Of a DNA stretch of 64,000 nt, positions 15,301 to 24,137 are shown piece by piece; within the stretch, counting starts at the first letter, position 1; each line of letters starts with the position of its first letter. The notes below the pieces were generated by a model that was given only the letters and a program-made list of their open reading frames with translations, did no database searches and was not told the origin of the DNA. Both the position numbers and the translations under genes were made by a program. The stretch lies in IMG/VR virus record IMGVR_UViG_3300042387_000948, positions 62,001 through 126,000 of that record, one strand, 5' to 3'.

Positions 15301-15309
15301 TCAAAGAAC
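15301..15309 (-). promoter_or_regulatory. boxA-like antitermination site (GTTCTTTGA)
   Basis: Between promoter 15328-15359 and the large ncRNA. Confidence 0.65.
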
Positions 15310-15319
15310 TTTTTCTTTA

Positions 15320-15517
15320 TTGTTTATCAAAGATACGAAACTTTTTTCGTATTTCCTAATAATTTCTTAATTATTTTTTCAAATTAGTAAATGGTATCCG
15401 GCTTTATAGTTTACCACTTATGGTTGGACTTCACACATTCGGTTTTATTAGATGTTGGCTTCAACCATTTCCTAATTTGTTTATCAAAGATACGAAACTT
15501 TTTTCGTATTTCCTAAT
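15320..15517. repeat. Duplicated ~40 bp promoter unit (15320-15360; 15477-15517)
   Basis: TTGTTTATCAAAGATACGAAACTTTTTTCGTATTTCCTAAT direct repeat with internal inverted repeat. Confidence 0.8.
15381..15478 (-). ncRNA. Putative ~98 nt small RNA with own promoter
   Basis: Terminal stem AAATTAG-G-AAATGGT/ACCATTT-A-CTAATTT starting right after promoter 15485-15516. Confidence 0.5.
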
Positions 15518-15549
15518 ATTTTGTAAATTACTTTCAAAATATTTTTTAG

Positions 15550-15621
15550 TAACGGGGGACAGAATCGAACTATCGTAAACCTGGCTTATGAGACCGGTGG
15601 GTGACCAACAACCTCCCCGCG
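15550..15621 (-). tRNA. tRNA-Met(CAT), initiator-like, shortened D-arm
   Basis: CGCGGGG 5' end with C1:U72 mismatch, CTCATAA loop. Confidence 0.75.
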
Positions 15622-15707
15622 ATGTATAAAAAAAGAAACGTTTTTCTTTATCGTTTACAAAGATACGAAATCTTTTTGATAAATCCAAACGTTTCTTAAT
15701 CTTTTTT

Positions 15708-16166
15708 TTACTTCTTTCCTATTTTGTAAGATAAACCCAGTCCTAATGTGAAATCACTACCTACTAAGTTACCAATTGTCCACAAATTAAGTGTGCTTCC
15801 TGGTCTTAATGGGTTGTACATTAAAAATGCATTCGGTTTGTTTCCACCTGCAGTTGGTTGAACACCAAATCCTACAATTGCTTTATCTTCTTTCAATTGT
15901 CTTAACACACCAAACTTCATATTGGAAGAGATTGTTCCAGTAGCAGTATTAACTCCCGGAGGAAGTACAATTCCGCTTGAGTTTTGGTCTTTAATTTCAG
16001 TATAAGGAAGTCCAGCGAAGAAACCCCATCCTTTTTTCATGTATCCACCGGTAATATAACCATCCGATGGTCCACCTTTTCTAGTTCCGGTTAAGAACCA
16101 TTCTTGTGCGTTTGAAACGATACTCATTCCGAATAACATTACAAACAATAACATTAACTTTTTCAT
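15708..16166 (-). CDS. Secreted/outer-membrane beta-barrel-like protein
   Basis: Signal peptide ending SNA-Q; C-terminal LGLGLSYKI beta-signal-like. Confidence 0.6.
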   Translation of the reverse strand: MKKLMLLFVMLFGMSIVSNAQEWFLTGTRKGGPSDGYITGGYMKKGWGFFAGLPYTEIKDQNSSGIVLPPGVNTATGTISSNMKFGVLRQLKEDKAIVGFGVQPTAGGNKPNAFLMYNPLRPGSTLNLWTIGNLVGSDFTLGLGLSYKIGKK

Positions 16167-16212
16167 AATTGTTTTTTAGTTTACTTAATATAAATATATA
16201 CTAATTTTTTTT

Positions 16213-16434
16213 TCATAACCCATATACTGGTTTGATAGATTCTTCTCTATTTAAAGTGATGTTTCTATCCATTCGTATATCTTTATTACTTAGAGTCCAG
16301 ATTTCTCCATCATCCATTCCGCAAGTAAAGTATAAATCGTGCTCCTGAGAGTAATCTATACACATAAATGCAAATCCTTTCATTCCGTCCTTTACCCTAA
16401 CTATGGGTATGGTTGGATTCAATTGTATTATCAT
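16213..16434 (-). CDS. Hypothetical protein
   Basis: MIIQLNPTIP...DYSQEHDL phage-type motif; start trimmed. Confidence 0.65.
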   Translation of the reverse strand: MIIQLNPTIPIVRVKDGMKGFAFMCIDYSQEHDLYFTCGMDDGEIWTLSNKDIRMDRNITLNREESIKPVYGL

Positions 16435-17068
16435 TCTTTTGTATTTTAGGGAACAATATTTGCTCCATAAAGTAACGTGCTCTTTCTTCACCTATCTTTG
16501 CTTTCAATGCTCCAAAGGTTCTAGGGTTTGATGCTTGAACTTCACAATAACGATTTTGGATATCAATAACTTTATTAATATCACTCGCCTCTTCTTTTAA
16601 ATATAACCCATCCTTCAAAAACGTTTTGTACTTTTCTAATGACCAACTGCAAAACCTCATAAACTCACTATCAGATTCAGGTTTAATCATAATAAATTTA
16701 TCCGAAAAAACAGTTGCCCATTGAGGTAGTGGTTTTCTCCCATTAAAATCTATATCCTCATCAAAGTTATACTCCTTAATGCCAGGTGATAAGTCCATAT
16801 AAACACCAGTTACACCCGATTTAGTAGTTATGACATCAAAACCATATATGGGTTCTGGTGATGTTGGATTTGGGAATGTGGTAACGTGTAGTACCTCAAT
16901 TGCCCTATCACCATATCTTTCAACGTGTGCCATTCTATACACATCAGATTCAAAACGATGATTCACCCACCCAAAATCTTCAGTAGGTAATACTTTACAA
17001 CCCGGTGCGTGTTTCATTATAGAAAGAAACCTATCGGCTAACTCATCCAAATATTCGGTGTAGTTCAT
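16397..17068 (-). CDS. pcyA: Ferredoxin-dependent bilin reductase, PcyA/PcyX family
   Basis: RMAHVE, LHVTTFP, PIYGFDV, DLSP, LPQWATVFS, QNRYC..Q..NPRT, FMEQILFP. Confidence 0.85.
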   Translation of the reverse strand: MNYTEYLDELADRFLSIMKHAPGCKVLPTEDFGWVNHRFESDVYRMAHVERYGDRAIEVLHVTTFPNPTSPEPIYGFDVITTKSGVTGVYMDLSPGIKEYNFDEDIDFNGRKPLPQWATVFSDKFIMIKPESDSEFMRFCSWSLEKYKTFLKDGLYLKEEASDINKVIDIQNRYCEVQASNPRTFGALKAKIGEERARYFMEQILFPKIQKNDNTIESNHTHS

Positions 17069-17555
17069 CTAATATCTTTATGTTGTAATCCAATGCTTTG
17101 TTTGCTTCATCAGCCCACTCATCTTTTTGGATTGCTCTAATACTTCCAGCTGCCTCTCTCATATCCTCAAACTCATACATTCTACCACTACCCGGCGTTT
17201 TCTCTTTCATCATCTGTCCACCAAACATAATAGCTAGGTAGTTAAGATATATGTGTGGTTGTTGTTCTTCTGCCGTTAATGTGTTTAGGTAATCACAATA
17301 TTCAGCAGTACTTAATAATAATGGAATTGTATCCTCACCTACCAATTCAATAATATCTGCTTCAACTAAATCCTTTCTATTCAAAGATGGATGCGGTAGT
17401 GGATTCTTTTCTAATGTGTAGAAAATTGCGTCTTGTTGTGTTAAGTAGTTTGCATACTCTTCGTTATTTAACTCACCTCTAAACATCTTTTGATTGAATG
17501 GCATTTTTTCTGCCAATGAATGTTTTTCTGCTATTGCTTCTTTTAATGGTAACAT
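17043..17555 (-). CDS. Heme oxygenase (biliverdin-producing)
   Basis: LKEAIAEKHSLAE (proximal His), HIYLNYLAIMFGGQ. Confidence 0.85.
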   Translation of the reverse strand: MLPLKEAIAEKHSLAEKMPFNQKMFRGELNNEEYANYLTQQDAIFYTLEKNPLPHPSLNRKDLVEADIIELVGEDTIPLLLSTAEYCDYLNTLTAEEQQPHIYLNYLAIMFGGQMMKEKTPGSGRMYEFEDMREAAGSIRAIQKDEWADEANKALDYNIKILDELHRIFG

Positions 17556-17557
17556 AT

Positions 17558-17800
17558 TTATATTGTTTTAGTTATTTTAATCATTATACCAGCACGTCCG
17601 GCTGATATGTGGTACTTATTCTCTCTATTATCATTTATCCAACCATAACTTTTAAATCGATATAGTATTACCTCTTTGTTTTCAAACCACGCGTGGATAC
17701 AATTGGTTGCGTAATCGATGTGGGGGTCTCTAATAAATCCCAACTTCCAACTTTCAACAAATTCCGATTCTAATTCATCGGTATCAATTGTAATTACCAT
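17558..17800 (-). CDS. Hypothetical protein
   Basis: ORF packing. Confidence 0.65.
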   Translation of the reverse strand: MVITIDTDELESEFVESWKLGFIRDPHIDYATNCIHAWFENKEVILYRFKSYGWINDNRENKYHISAGRAGIMIKITKTI

Positions 17801-18303
17801 AATTCATCGTCAACTACACTCATTGTAACAGGCATCTTTGCCGTTGCTTTGGATAGAAATCTTTTTTTGTTTGGGTTTATAGGTTGTCCCAACGAACCAC
17901 TCAAATGCGAAAACGAGTGGGATGGTGCAGTATTAACTACTTTAGTAATCCCCACCCCCATCTTTTTTGCGTTTTGTATTGCTTCCAATAAATTAAAATA
18001 TGAATCTATAAGAGGTAATCCTAATATAGTATTCCTAATTGTTTCAATAAAAATTGGTATGCTACTTATATCTTTTTTAGTTATAATTTCAGTACTTTGG
18101 TTTTTATTATGTACATCTTCAACATACATTTTCCAAACTTTAGTACTTATAACAATTCTAAATAGGGGTGTATGGTCAAACTTATCACATAGATGAAATT
18201 GAAATGTTGTATCATCCTGTTTGATAACATCTCCAAAATTCATCTCAACCCCAAACATCACTACCCTCTCACCAACAATATGATTTACATTGGTAATATT
18301 CAT
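17794..18303 (-). CDS. Hypothetical protein
   Basis: ORF packing. Confidence 0.65.
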   Translation of the reverse strand: MNITNVNHIVGERVVMFGVEMNFGDVIKQDDTTFQFHLCDKFDHTPLFRIVISTKVWKMYVEDVHNKNQSTEIITKKDISSIPIFIETIRNTILGLPLIDSYFNLLEAIQNAKKMGVGITKVVNTAPSHSFSHLSGSLGQPINPNKKRFLSKATAKMPVTMSVVDDELW

Positions 18304-19250
18304 AACGCTTTTATTCTATTGTAATAAATATCAAATTCTGCTCGTAACTCATCCGTAACTCCATTATTGAAATTACCATCAGTTACTAATGGTATAACCT
18401 TTGAGAAAAATCCAGAACTTCTTAAATGGTCTACTTTATCCCTAACTCTGAAGTGTTCATTGAACATAGTAGTTCCTAATACTTCCTTACCATTATCACT
18501 AACTCTACCCGTATCGTGCTCCCTTACATATGTTAAAATACGTTTTAGAGATGCATGTCCTAATCCCAAATAATCCAAACTACCTAAGAACTCCAAATCA
18601 TCTACAAAGTTAGAAGTTACTGTGATTTTATCTTTCACTCTTCTAACGGATTCAGTTCTCATTACATAGGTATGATAGATACACATTATGTTTGATTTAG
18701 CACAATGTATTAAGGATGTCCATTGTTTTGGATATGGATGAAAATCTTTATAGAATGCCCAAGGTTTATCCCAAGGATGATTATTTGGTATTGTATATCC
18801 TGCCCAATCATCTCTAGATGGTTCACATTCGGTTGGTGCTATTGTTTCTACCAATCTATTTAATCCACCTTCCCCAAATAGAATGGATGAACCATATGAA
18901 AACTCTAACTCCCGGTTTGTATGGTATAAGTTAGATAGGTATTCTAATGAATCTTCTGCAAGAATATCATCATCATCCAATCTCACCATCAATTCACCCT
19001 TTGCTAAATCGGGTGCCATCAACCAAGAATCACCAAACAAATCATAGGATTGATATGATGTAAGATATAGTATCCTCTTATCAGGGTTCATAGATTTGAA
19101 ATGCCTATAAGCATCAAAGTTCATATTAGTTGCACCATCATCAAATATCAGTACCTCCCAATCAGTATGGGTTTGTAGATGGATTGATGCCAATGCTTCT
19201 TTTAGGAACTCTGGTCTATTATATGTTCTTACAACAACCGTAACCTTCAT
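18300..19250 (-). CDS. Glycosyltransferase family 2
   Basis: VVRTYNR, IFDDG, RLDDDD. Confidence 0.85.
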   Translation of the reverse strand: MKVTVVVRTYNRPEFLKEALASIHLQTHTDWEVLIFDDGATNMNFDAYRHFKSMNPDKRILYLTSYQSYDLFGDSWLMAPDLAKGELMVRLDDDDILAEDSLEYLSNLYHTNRELEFSYGSSILFGEGGLNRLVETIAPTECEPSRDDWAGYTIPNNHPWDKPWAFYKDFHPYPKQWTSLIHCAKSNIMCIYHTYVMRTESVRRVKDKITVTSNFVDDLEFLGSLDYLGLGHASLKRILTYVREHDTGRVSDNGKEVLGTTMFNEHFRVRDKVDHLRSSGFFSKVIPLVTDGNFNNGVTDELRAEFDIYYNRIKAL

Positions 19251-19265
19251 TATTATTCTTTTAAA

Positions 19266-19499
19266 TTAATCTACACTAATGTAGTGAGTTGGTGCTTTAT
19301 GCTCTCTAGCTTTGGCAATCAACTTCCACTCTTCGATTTCAGCTATTGCTTCCTCTTCAGTTAAATAGGATGCAGTTACTCCATCTCCATCGAAATCTTC
19401 TTTCCATCCTCCGAAAAATCCGGTCTTACTTTGTGGTGTGTACCAAACACTACCATCAAATTCAGTTGTTACTTTAATTCTGTATGATACGTTACTCAT
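19266..19499 (-). CDS. Hypothetical protein
   Basis: ORF. Confidence 0.65.
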   Translation of the reverse strand: MSNVSYRIKVTTEFDGSVWYTPQSKTGFFGGWKEDFDGDGVTASYLTEEEAIAEIEEWKLIAKAREHKAPTHYISVD

Positions 19500-19641
19500 T
19501 TTTCTTTCTTTTTATATCTTCCTTTATAACCCATTCCACTTTCATTCATATCTGCCCATTTAATTGCCACCCACATAATACCAAATGGGATTGGAATTAT
19601 CACACCCAATCCAACTATAAGGTATAACAATTGGGTTAGCA

Positions 19642-20037
19642 TTATTTATATATTTTAAGTGTGTACTCACTATTTAGAGTTTTGAACTGAATTTCATCTG
19701 CAGTTTCCTCAATGATTTCAGTTACAACAGTTGTCATCCAAGTATACCCACCATGTGCAAAATCTATTAGTAAACTTCTACCAATTGCTGGTTTTGGATA
19801 TTCACCTTTATACTGCCCATTTTCTTTCCACTCAATCCATTGTACTCTATTACCTCTATGTTTAACACCATCATGTCTTTCCAAATAGTATTTCCACCTT
19901 TCCCCACCATGCTCTTCACAATAAAGTTGACCCGTAAGTCCTTCACTAATAATTCGGCTACAAGTATGACAGAGTGTAGCCCCTCTTCCTCCGTTTAATT
20001 TGTGTATTGGTTTTAGCATAAATTGTTTTTTAATCAT
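19642..20037 (-). CDS. Hypothetical protein with CxxC motif
   Basis: KLNGGRGATLCHTC; WMTTVVTEI. Confidence 0.65.
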   Translation of the reverse strand: MIKKQFMLKPIHKLNGGRGATLCHTCSRIISEGLTGQLYCEEHGGERWKYYLERHDGVKHRGNRVQWIEWKENGQYKGEYPKPAIGRSLLIDFAHGGYTWMTTVVTEIIEETADEIQFKTLNSEYTLKIYK

Positions 20038-20261
20038 CGAATAGCCAGAACATCAGTCTTACTAATGCTGCTACTAATATAAATATAGAAATTCCAAAAG
20101 TTATTAACACATAAATACATATAACTTTTATTCCTCATCCAAAAAATCTTCACCTTTATAATCAGGATGATTTTTTTTCATATGCTCAATACCCGCCATC
20201 CATAATATACTAACGGGAAATACCATTAAAAATACACATAAAATTACTGTTATCGTTTCCA

Positions 20262-20600
20262 TCATTTCCAAAATATTTGAATTGTTAAAATCATACTTGC
20301 TAATAGTAAACAAACTAAAGTTTTTGCTGTAAGTGGTTCTTTAAATAGTATTATACTCAACGTAACAAAAACTATGATACCCACACCAAAACCAATCAAC
20401 CGAGATGGCCATAATTCACCATCAAAAGCATCTACCAAATGTTGAACTGATTTCATATAAAACCAAGTTGATGGTATTGATGATAGTATTAATATAATTG
20501 GGTACTTATCATACCAACCATACTTTACCCCACCCTGCATTTGTAAGAATGAAAAAAGTTGTCCCAAAAATGCCCACAATACTCCATATATTAAACTCAT
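20262..20600 (-). CDS. Small multi-pass membrane protein (DMT/SMR-like)
   Basis: Four hydrophobic helices, FKEPLT motif. Confidence 0.6.
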   Translation of the reverse strand: MSLIYGVLWAFLGQLFSFLQMQGGVKYGWYDKYPIILILSSIPSTWFYMKSVQHLVDAFDGELWPSRLIGFGVGIIVFVTLSIILFKEPLTAKTLVCLLLASMILTIQIFWK

Positions 20601-21358
20601 ATCTTATGTTTATACCCCAATGTTATCATAGCTTCATCCATATGCCCATTCATATAATGCTGTAATGCTAGATGTGATTGAGGGTCTGCTATATCAGGTA
20701 TCCCTATACCATTTGGGTCTTTTACTAATTCTTTATGTTTGGATTCAAATAGTATTCGTGAATCGTGTAACATCTCTACACCATTTTCCCACATTGCTCT
20801 ACCCAATACCCAATCATCAATTTGGTAATCCAATGGTTCTTCTACAATTCTCATTTTATCTAATGCAATTTTCATAGAATCTTTGGATACCATATACCCA
20901 CACCCACTTGCTATGTATCCCAATTTAGGTTGTACTTTGAATCTCATAAATCTATGTGGATTCCAACCATCACAAGGATGTACACAACCCATATAATCTA
21001 TCTTACCATAGTCTTGGAAGTTGTGATGCATCATTGTATCGAATCTAATCGGTGCAACAAATGAATCCGAATCAATTCTGAAGTAGTATTCATAATCGGT
21101 TTCTTCCAAAATCCATTTGATAGGTAAACGAATTGATTTATCCCACAATCCCATCTTTGTATCTTCTGCTCTAAAGTAAATGAAATCTCCATCTAACTTC
21201 CATTCAGTTTCTAAATCCGGTTTACCAATTGCAATTAATATATGATACCCTAACTTCTTTAACTCCGGAATCCAAGTCCTATAACACTCCTTCCAATTCT
21301 CATCGTAAGGGGATATCATAGTTCCCGTAACCATTATCATTATCTTATCTTTGTTCAT
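20597..21358 (-). CDS. Glycosyltransferase (GT31/galactosyltransferase-like)
   Basis: FRIDSDSFV, ASGCGY, DDWVLG. Confidence 0.7.
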   Translation of the reverse strand: MNKDKIMIMVTGTMISPYDENWKECYRTWIPELKKLGYHILIAIGKPDLETEWKLDGDFIYFRAEDTKMGLWDKSIRLPIKWILEETDYEYYFRIDSDSFVAPIRFDTMMHHNFQDYGKIDYMGCVHPCDGWNPHRFMRFKVQPKLGYIASGCGYMVSKDSMKIALDKMRIVEEPLDYQIDDWVLGRAMWENGVEMLHDSRILFESKHKELVKDPNGIGIPDIADPQSHLALQHYMNGHMDEAMITLGYKHKI

Positions 21359-22608
21359 CGTCCAAATCCAATCTTTGGTTTCTCATCTTCACTTTTAAAT
21401 TCTTCCTCATCCACATTGTAGATTTCAGTTAGTGTCATTTCTTTTGTTGCGTTCTCTTCCTTACCCAAATGCTTCAACAATGCATTTGCATCATCCATAG
21501 GTAGAGCATCGAACTTATGTTCGGCAATCAATCTACCCTTTCTCAATAGTGCTGAATCAATCTTCGCCTTATCCATATTAAATGTAGCAACTACCTGAAT
21601 CTTTAAGATATCACTTAGGATACCATCGGTAATGTTTAGAATATTAGATACACCATTCGAACCATTGATATTTCTATCCGTAATTACATTCTCCGCATCC
21701 TCAATGAAGAGAACCGAATTAGAATTTTGGATTAAAAATGGTGTCATCTCCGGCGATGTAATAAAATCTGCTAGGTATGGTGGAATGAATAGAACTTGCT
21801 TATCTTTAATTTTTGATGCCAAATACTTTAAGTAGTGGGTCTTACCTCCACCCGGCACTCCGTGCAATAGAACCAATCCCTTACCATTTGGTTCGTTTAG
21901 TTGTTTGATAATCTTTTCGTGGACTGGTTTGAAATCCTTACCATAGTTCAAATCAATATCCAACTTCTGCTTTGGTAACTCAAACGTTTGAGTATCATAT
22001 CCTCTTTGTGTTTGGATAACTAATGCCACATTATTTGCTTCCTGCTTCTTTGATGTAGTTAGAGCAACGATTGAATCCGTTACCTCTTTGTATATACTTT
22101 CAGCAATGTTACCTGTTAGGGAAACATATATTTCGTTCTTACCAATCTTTGCTTTGTTCTTTGGAAAATCTACCAAATAGTCCTGAACTGTTAGAAGTAA
22201 AACACCTCCTTCGGATTCCATCTCATACACTAAAGTAGAAAAGAATTCACCTTTAGTAACATAATCCTTTGTATGCAGTTTGGTAAACTTACTTTTAGAT
22301 ACCCACCCCTGCATTGCAGTTTGAGTTATAGTTAATCCATCACCCACTCTGAAATGTTGTGATATCAATTCACCAGTCTTTTGATGAATGTATGTACCAT
22401 ATGGAAAATCATCCGTATCCGATAATCTATAATATTGAGTTACAATAGATGATGTGGCTGGGTCTTGGTAACGCTTGTATCCATTTGTTCTCCTTCCACT
22501 GGAATTTCTTGCTTCCTCAATTTCAAATACCACCTCTCTATACAATTCTTCACCTAACGCTTCTTTAAGTTCTTCGTTACTTTTAAGCTTAATTCTTTCC
22601 TTTGCCAT
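21355..22608 (-). CDS. AAA+ ATPase
   Basis: GVPGGGKT, LFIEDAE, DSALLRKGR. Confidence 0.9.
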   Translation of the reverse strand: MAKERIKLKSNEELKEALGEELYREVVFEIEEARNSSGRRTNGYKRYQDPATSSIVTQYYRLSDTDDFPYGTYIHQKTGELISQHFRVGDGLTITQTAMQGWVSKSKFTKLHTKDYVTKGEFFSTLVYEMESEGGVLLLTVQDYLVDFPKNKAKIGKNEIYVSLTGNIAESIYKEVTDSIVALTTSKKQEANNVALVIQTQRGYDTQTFELPKQKLDIDLNYGKDFKPVHEKIIKQLNEPNGKGLVLLHGVPGGGKTHYLKYLASKIKDKQVLFIPPYLADFITSPEMTPFLIQNSNSVLFIEDAENVITDRNINGSNGVSNILNITDGILSDILKIQVVATFNMDKAKIDSALLRKGRLIAEHKFDALPMDDANALLKHLGKEENATKEMTLTEIYNVDEEEFKSEDEKPKIGFGR

Positions 22609-22611
22609 ATT

Positions 22612-23196
22612 TTATATGTTTGCTAATACCCAATGCATAAATTTTCTATGTCCCTGTCCCCATAAGTGAATTCCATCGCCAGAATCACTTCTATTAATTG
22701 TATCCGTCATAGGAACAATTGTAGCTCCCTTTATATCAGTTACGATTCTCTTTTGTAAATCAATGTATCGATTACGGCATTTTGTTTCAACATCGTTTGG
22801 ATATGATGTTTGTGTTATGACCATTTGTGGATTGTATCCAACTACCACAATAGGTTCTGCTCCCATATACTTTGCCATATTTACCATCTGTTGGATGTTT
22901 TCTATCGTTTCATCTTCTCTAACGCTTGAGAATGAATCATTGATACCACCATAGATGATTACCTTTGTGTATCTATCCGTTTTGTGGGAATATTGTTTCA
23001 GTTGTGATAGCATCCATTTAGTACGTTTTCCACCTTTTGAAATGTTATCGTATTTCATCTGCAACATTCTACCTAATTGATGTTGCCAACCACCACTATA
23101 TGCGGTTAGAGAATCACCAACAAATAGGATTCTCTCTTCTCTTTGTATAAACCCCATAAGGAATACACATAATAGTACTATAAGAATTACTTTCAT
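22612..23196 (-). CDS. SGNH/GDSL hydrolase, secreted
   Basis: GDSLT, GGIND, DGIH. Confidence 0.85.
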   Translation of the reverse strand: MKVILIVLLCVFLMGFIQREERILFVGDSLTAYSGGWQHQLGRMLQMKYDNISKGGKRTKWMLSQLKQYSHKTDRYTKVIIYGGINDSFSSVREDETIENIQQMVNMAKYMGAEPIVVVGYNPQMVITQTSYPNDVETKCRNRYIDLQKRIVTDIKGATIVPMTDTINRSDSGDGIHLWGQGHRKFMHWVLANI

Positions 23197-23502
23197 TTTT
23201 GTAACTTTTTGATTATTGCTTCCTTCTCTTTAATATCGTTTTTTAAATGTATTACACCAACCATCTGAATTGCTATACAAATTAATAAACCTATCAGAAC
23301 CCAAATTAAGGTATTATCCCTATCGAATTTACTTCCGTTTTCTTCCATTTGTCTTATCGTATTTTCTTTTTTCATCGAACACCATCCAAAGCATCACACA
23401 AATTAGTACCAAAGATAGTACTCCATAGATTTGTGCTTCTAATATAAATTGTTCTTCAGAAATCATATACAAATATACAAAAAAGATTTCACTTTTCCAA
23501 AT

Positions 23503-23541
23503 AAAAAACCTCCTAATTTTTGGTTATTATTAGAAGGTCTT
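23503..23541 (-). terminator. Intrinsic terminator
   Basis: ACCTTCTAAT..ATTAGGAGGT followed by T-run. Confidence 0.6.
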
Positions 23542-23564
23542 ACGCACGGCATGCAAGGTTTTTG

Positions 23565-23903
23565 TTATCTAGGTCTTCTTCTTAAAAATCCCGGCTGAAT
23601 GCTGTTCCTTTCTTGTTCTTTTTGCCATCTTCTTACGATTTGCATTCTTCTTCTCTCTCTTAGTTTGTGCCATATTCTCCAACGGTTTAGGTTTCTGATT
23701 TGATTTTCAGTAACCATAAATATAATCAAATTTGCATTACGTTGAATATCGGCCTCTCTTAATTGACGGGATTGCATTGCATCAATAATTGGTTGTGGAT
23801 TTTGTACCCACTTATCAGATGTTGTTGGAAATTGCGGTGTCTGTCCCCATACCCCAACACTCACTAACAAACACATTACCACTAATAATTTTTTCATAAT
23901 CAT
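23565..23903 (-). CDS. Secreted hypothetical protein, Arg-rich
   Basis: Signal peptide. Confidence 0.6.
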   Translation of the reverse strand: MIMKKLLVVMCLLVSVGVWGQTPQFPTTSDKWVQNPQPIIDAMQSRQLREADIQRNANLIIFMVTENQIRNLNRWRIWHKLRERRRMQIVRRWQKEQERNSIQPGFLRRRPR

Positions 23904-23930
23904 TTTGTTTAAGTTTATTAATAACTATCC

Positions 23931-24137
23931 TTACCTACCACCAATCCAATCATCCCAACTCTTTTTTGAGACAAATTCCCCATTTCTATCCACATTAACG
24001 GAAATTAACTTAACCATATACACAAATGGCCAAAGAACAAACCAACATATTAGAGATACTACAACCGATATCGATAGGATTAGAACCAACATTCCAACTA
24101 CCACTTTAATCAATAACCATTTGAATAACTTTTTCAT
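23931..24137 (-). CDS. Small membrane protein
   Basis: Long hydrophobic segment. Confidence 0.55.
   Translation of the reverse strand: MKKLFKWLLIKVVVGMLVLILSISVVVSLICWFVLWPFVYMVKLISVNVDRNGEFVSKKSWDDWIGGR

Noticed and set aside
16397-17555. Cyanophage origin implied by the bilin genes
   Set aside because: Promoter consensus and DUF4494/DUF4884-like genes point to Bacteroidota, and no photosystem or hli genes are present in the window.
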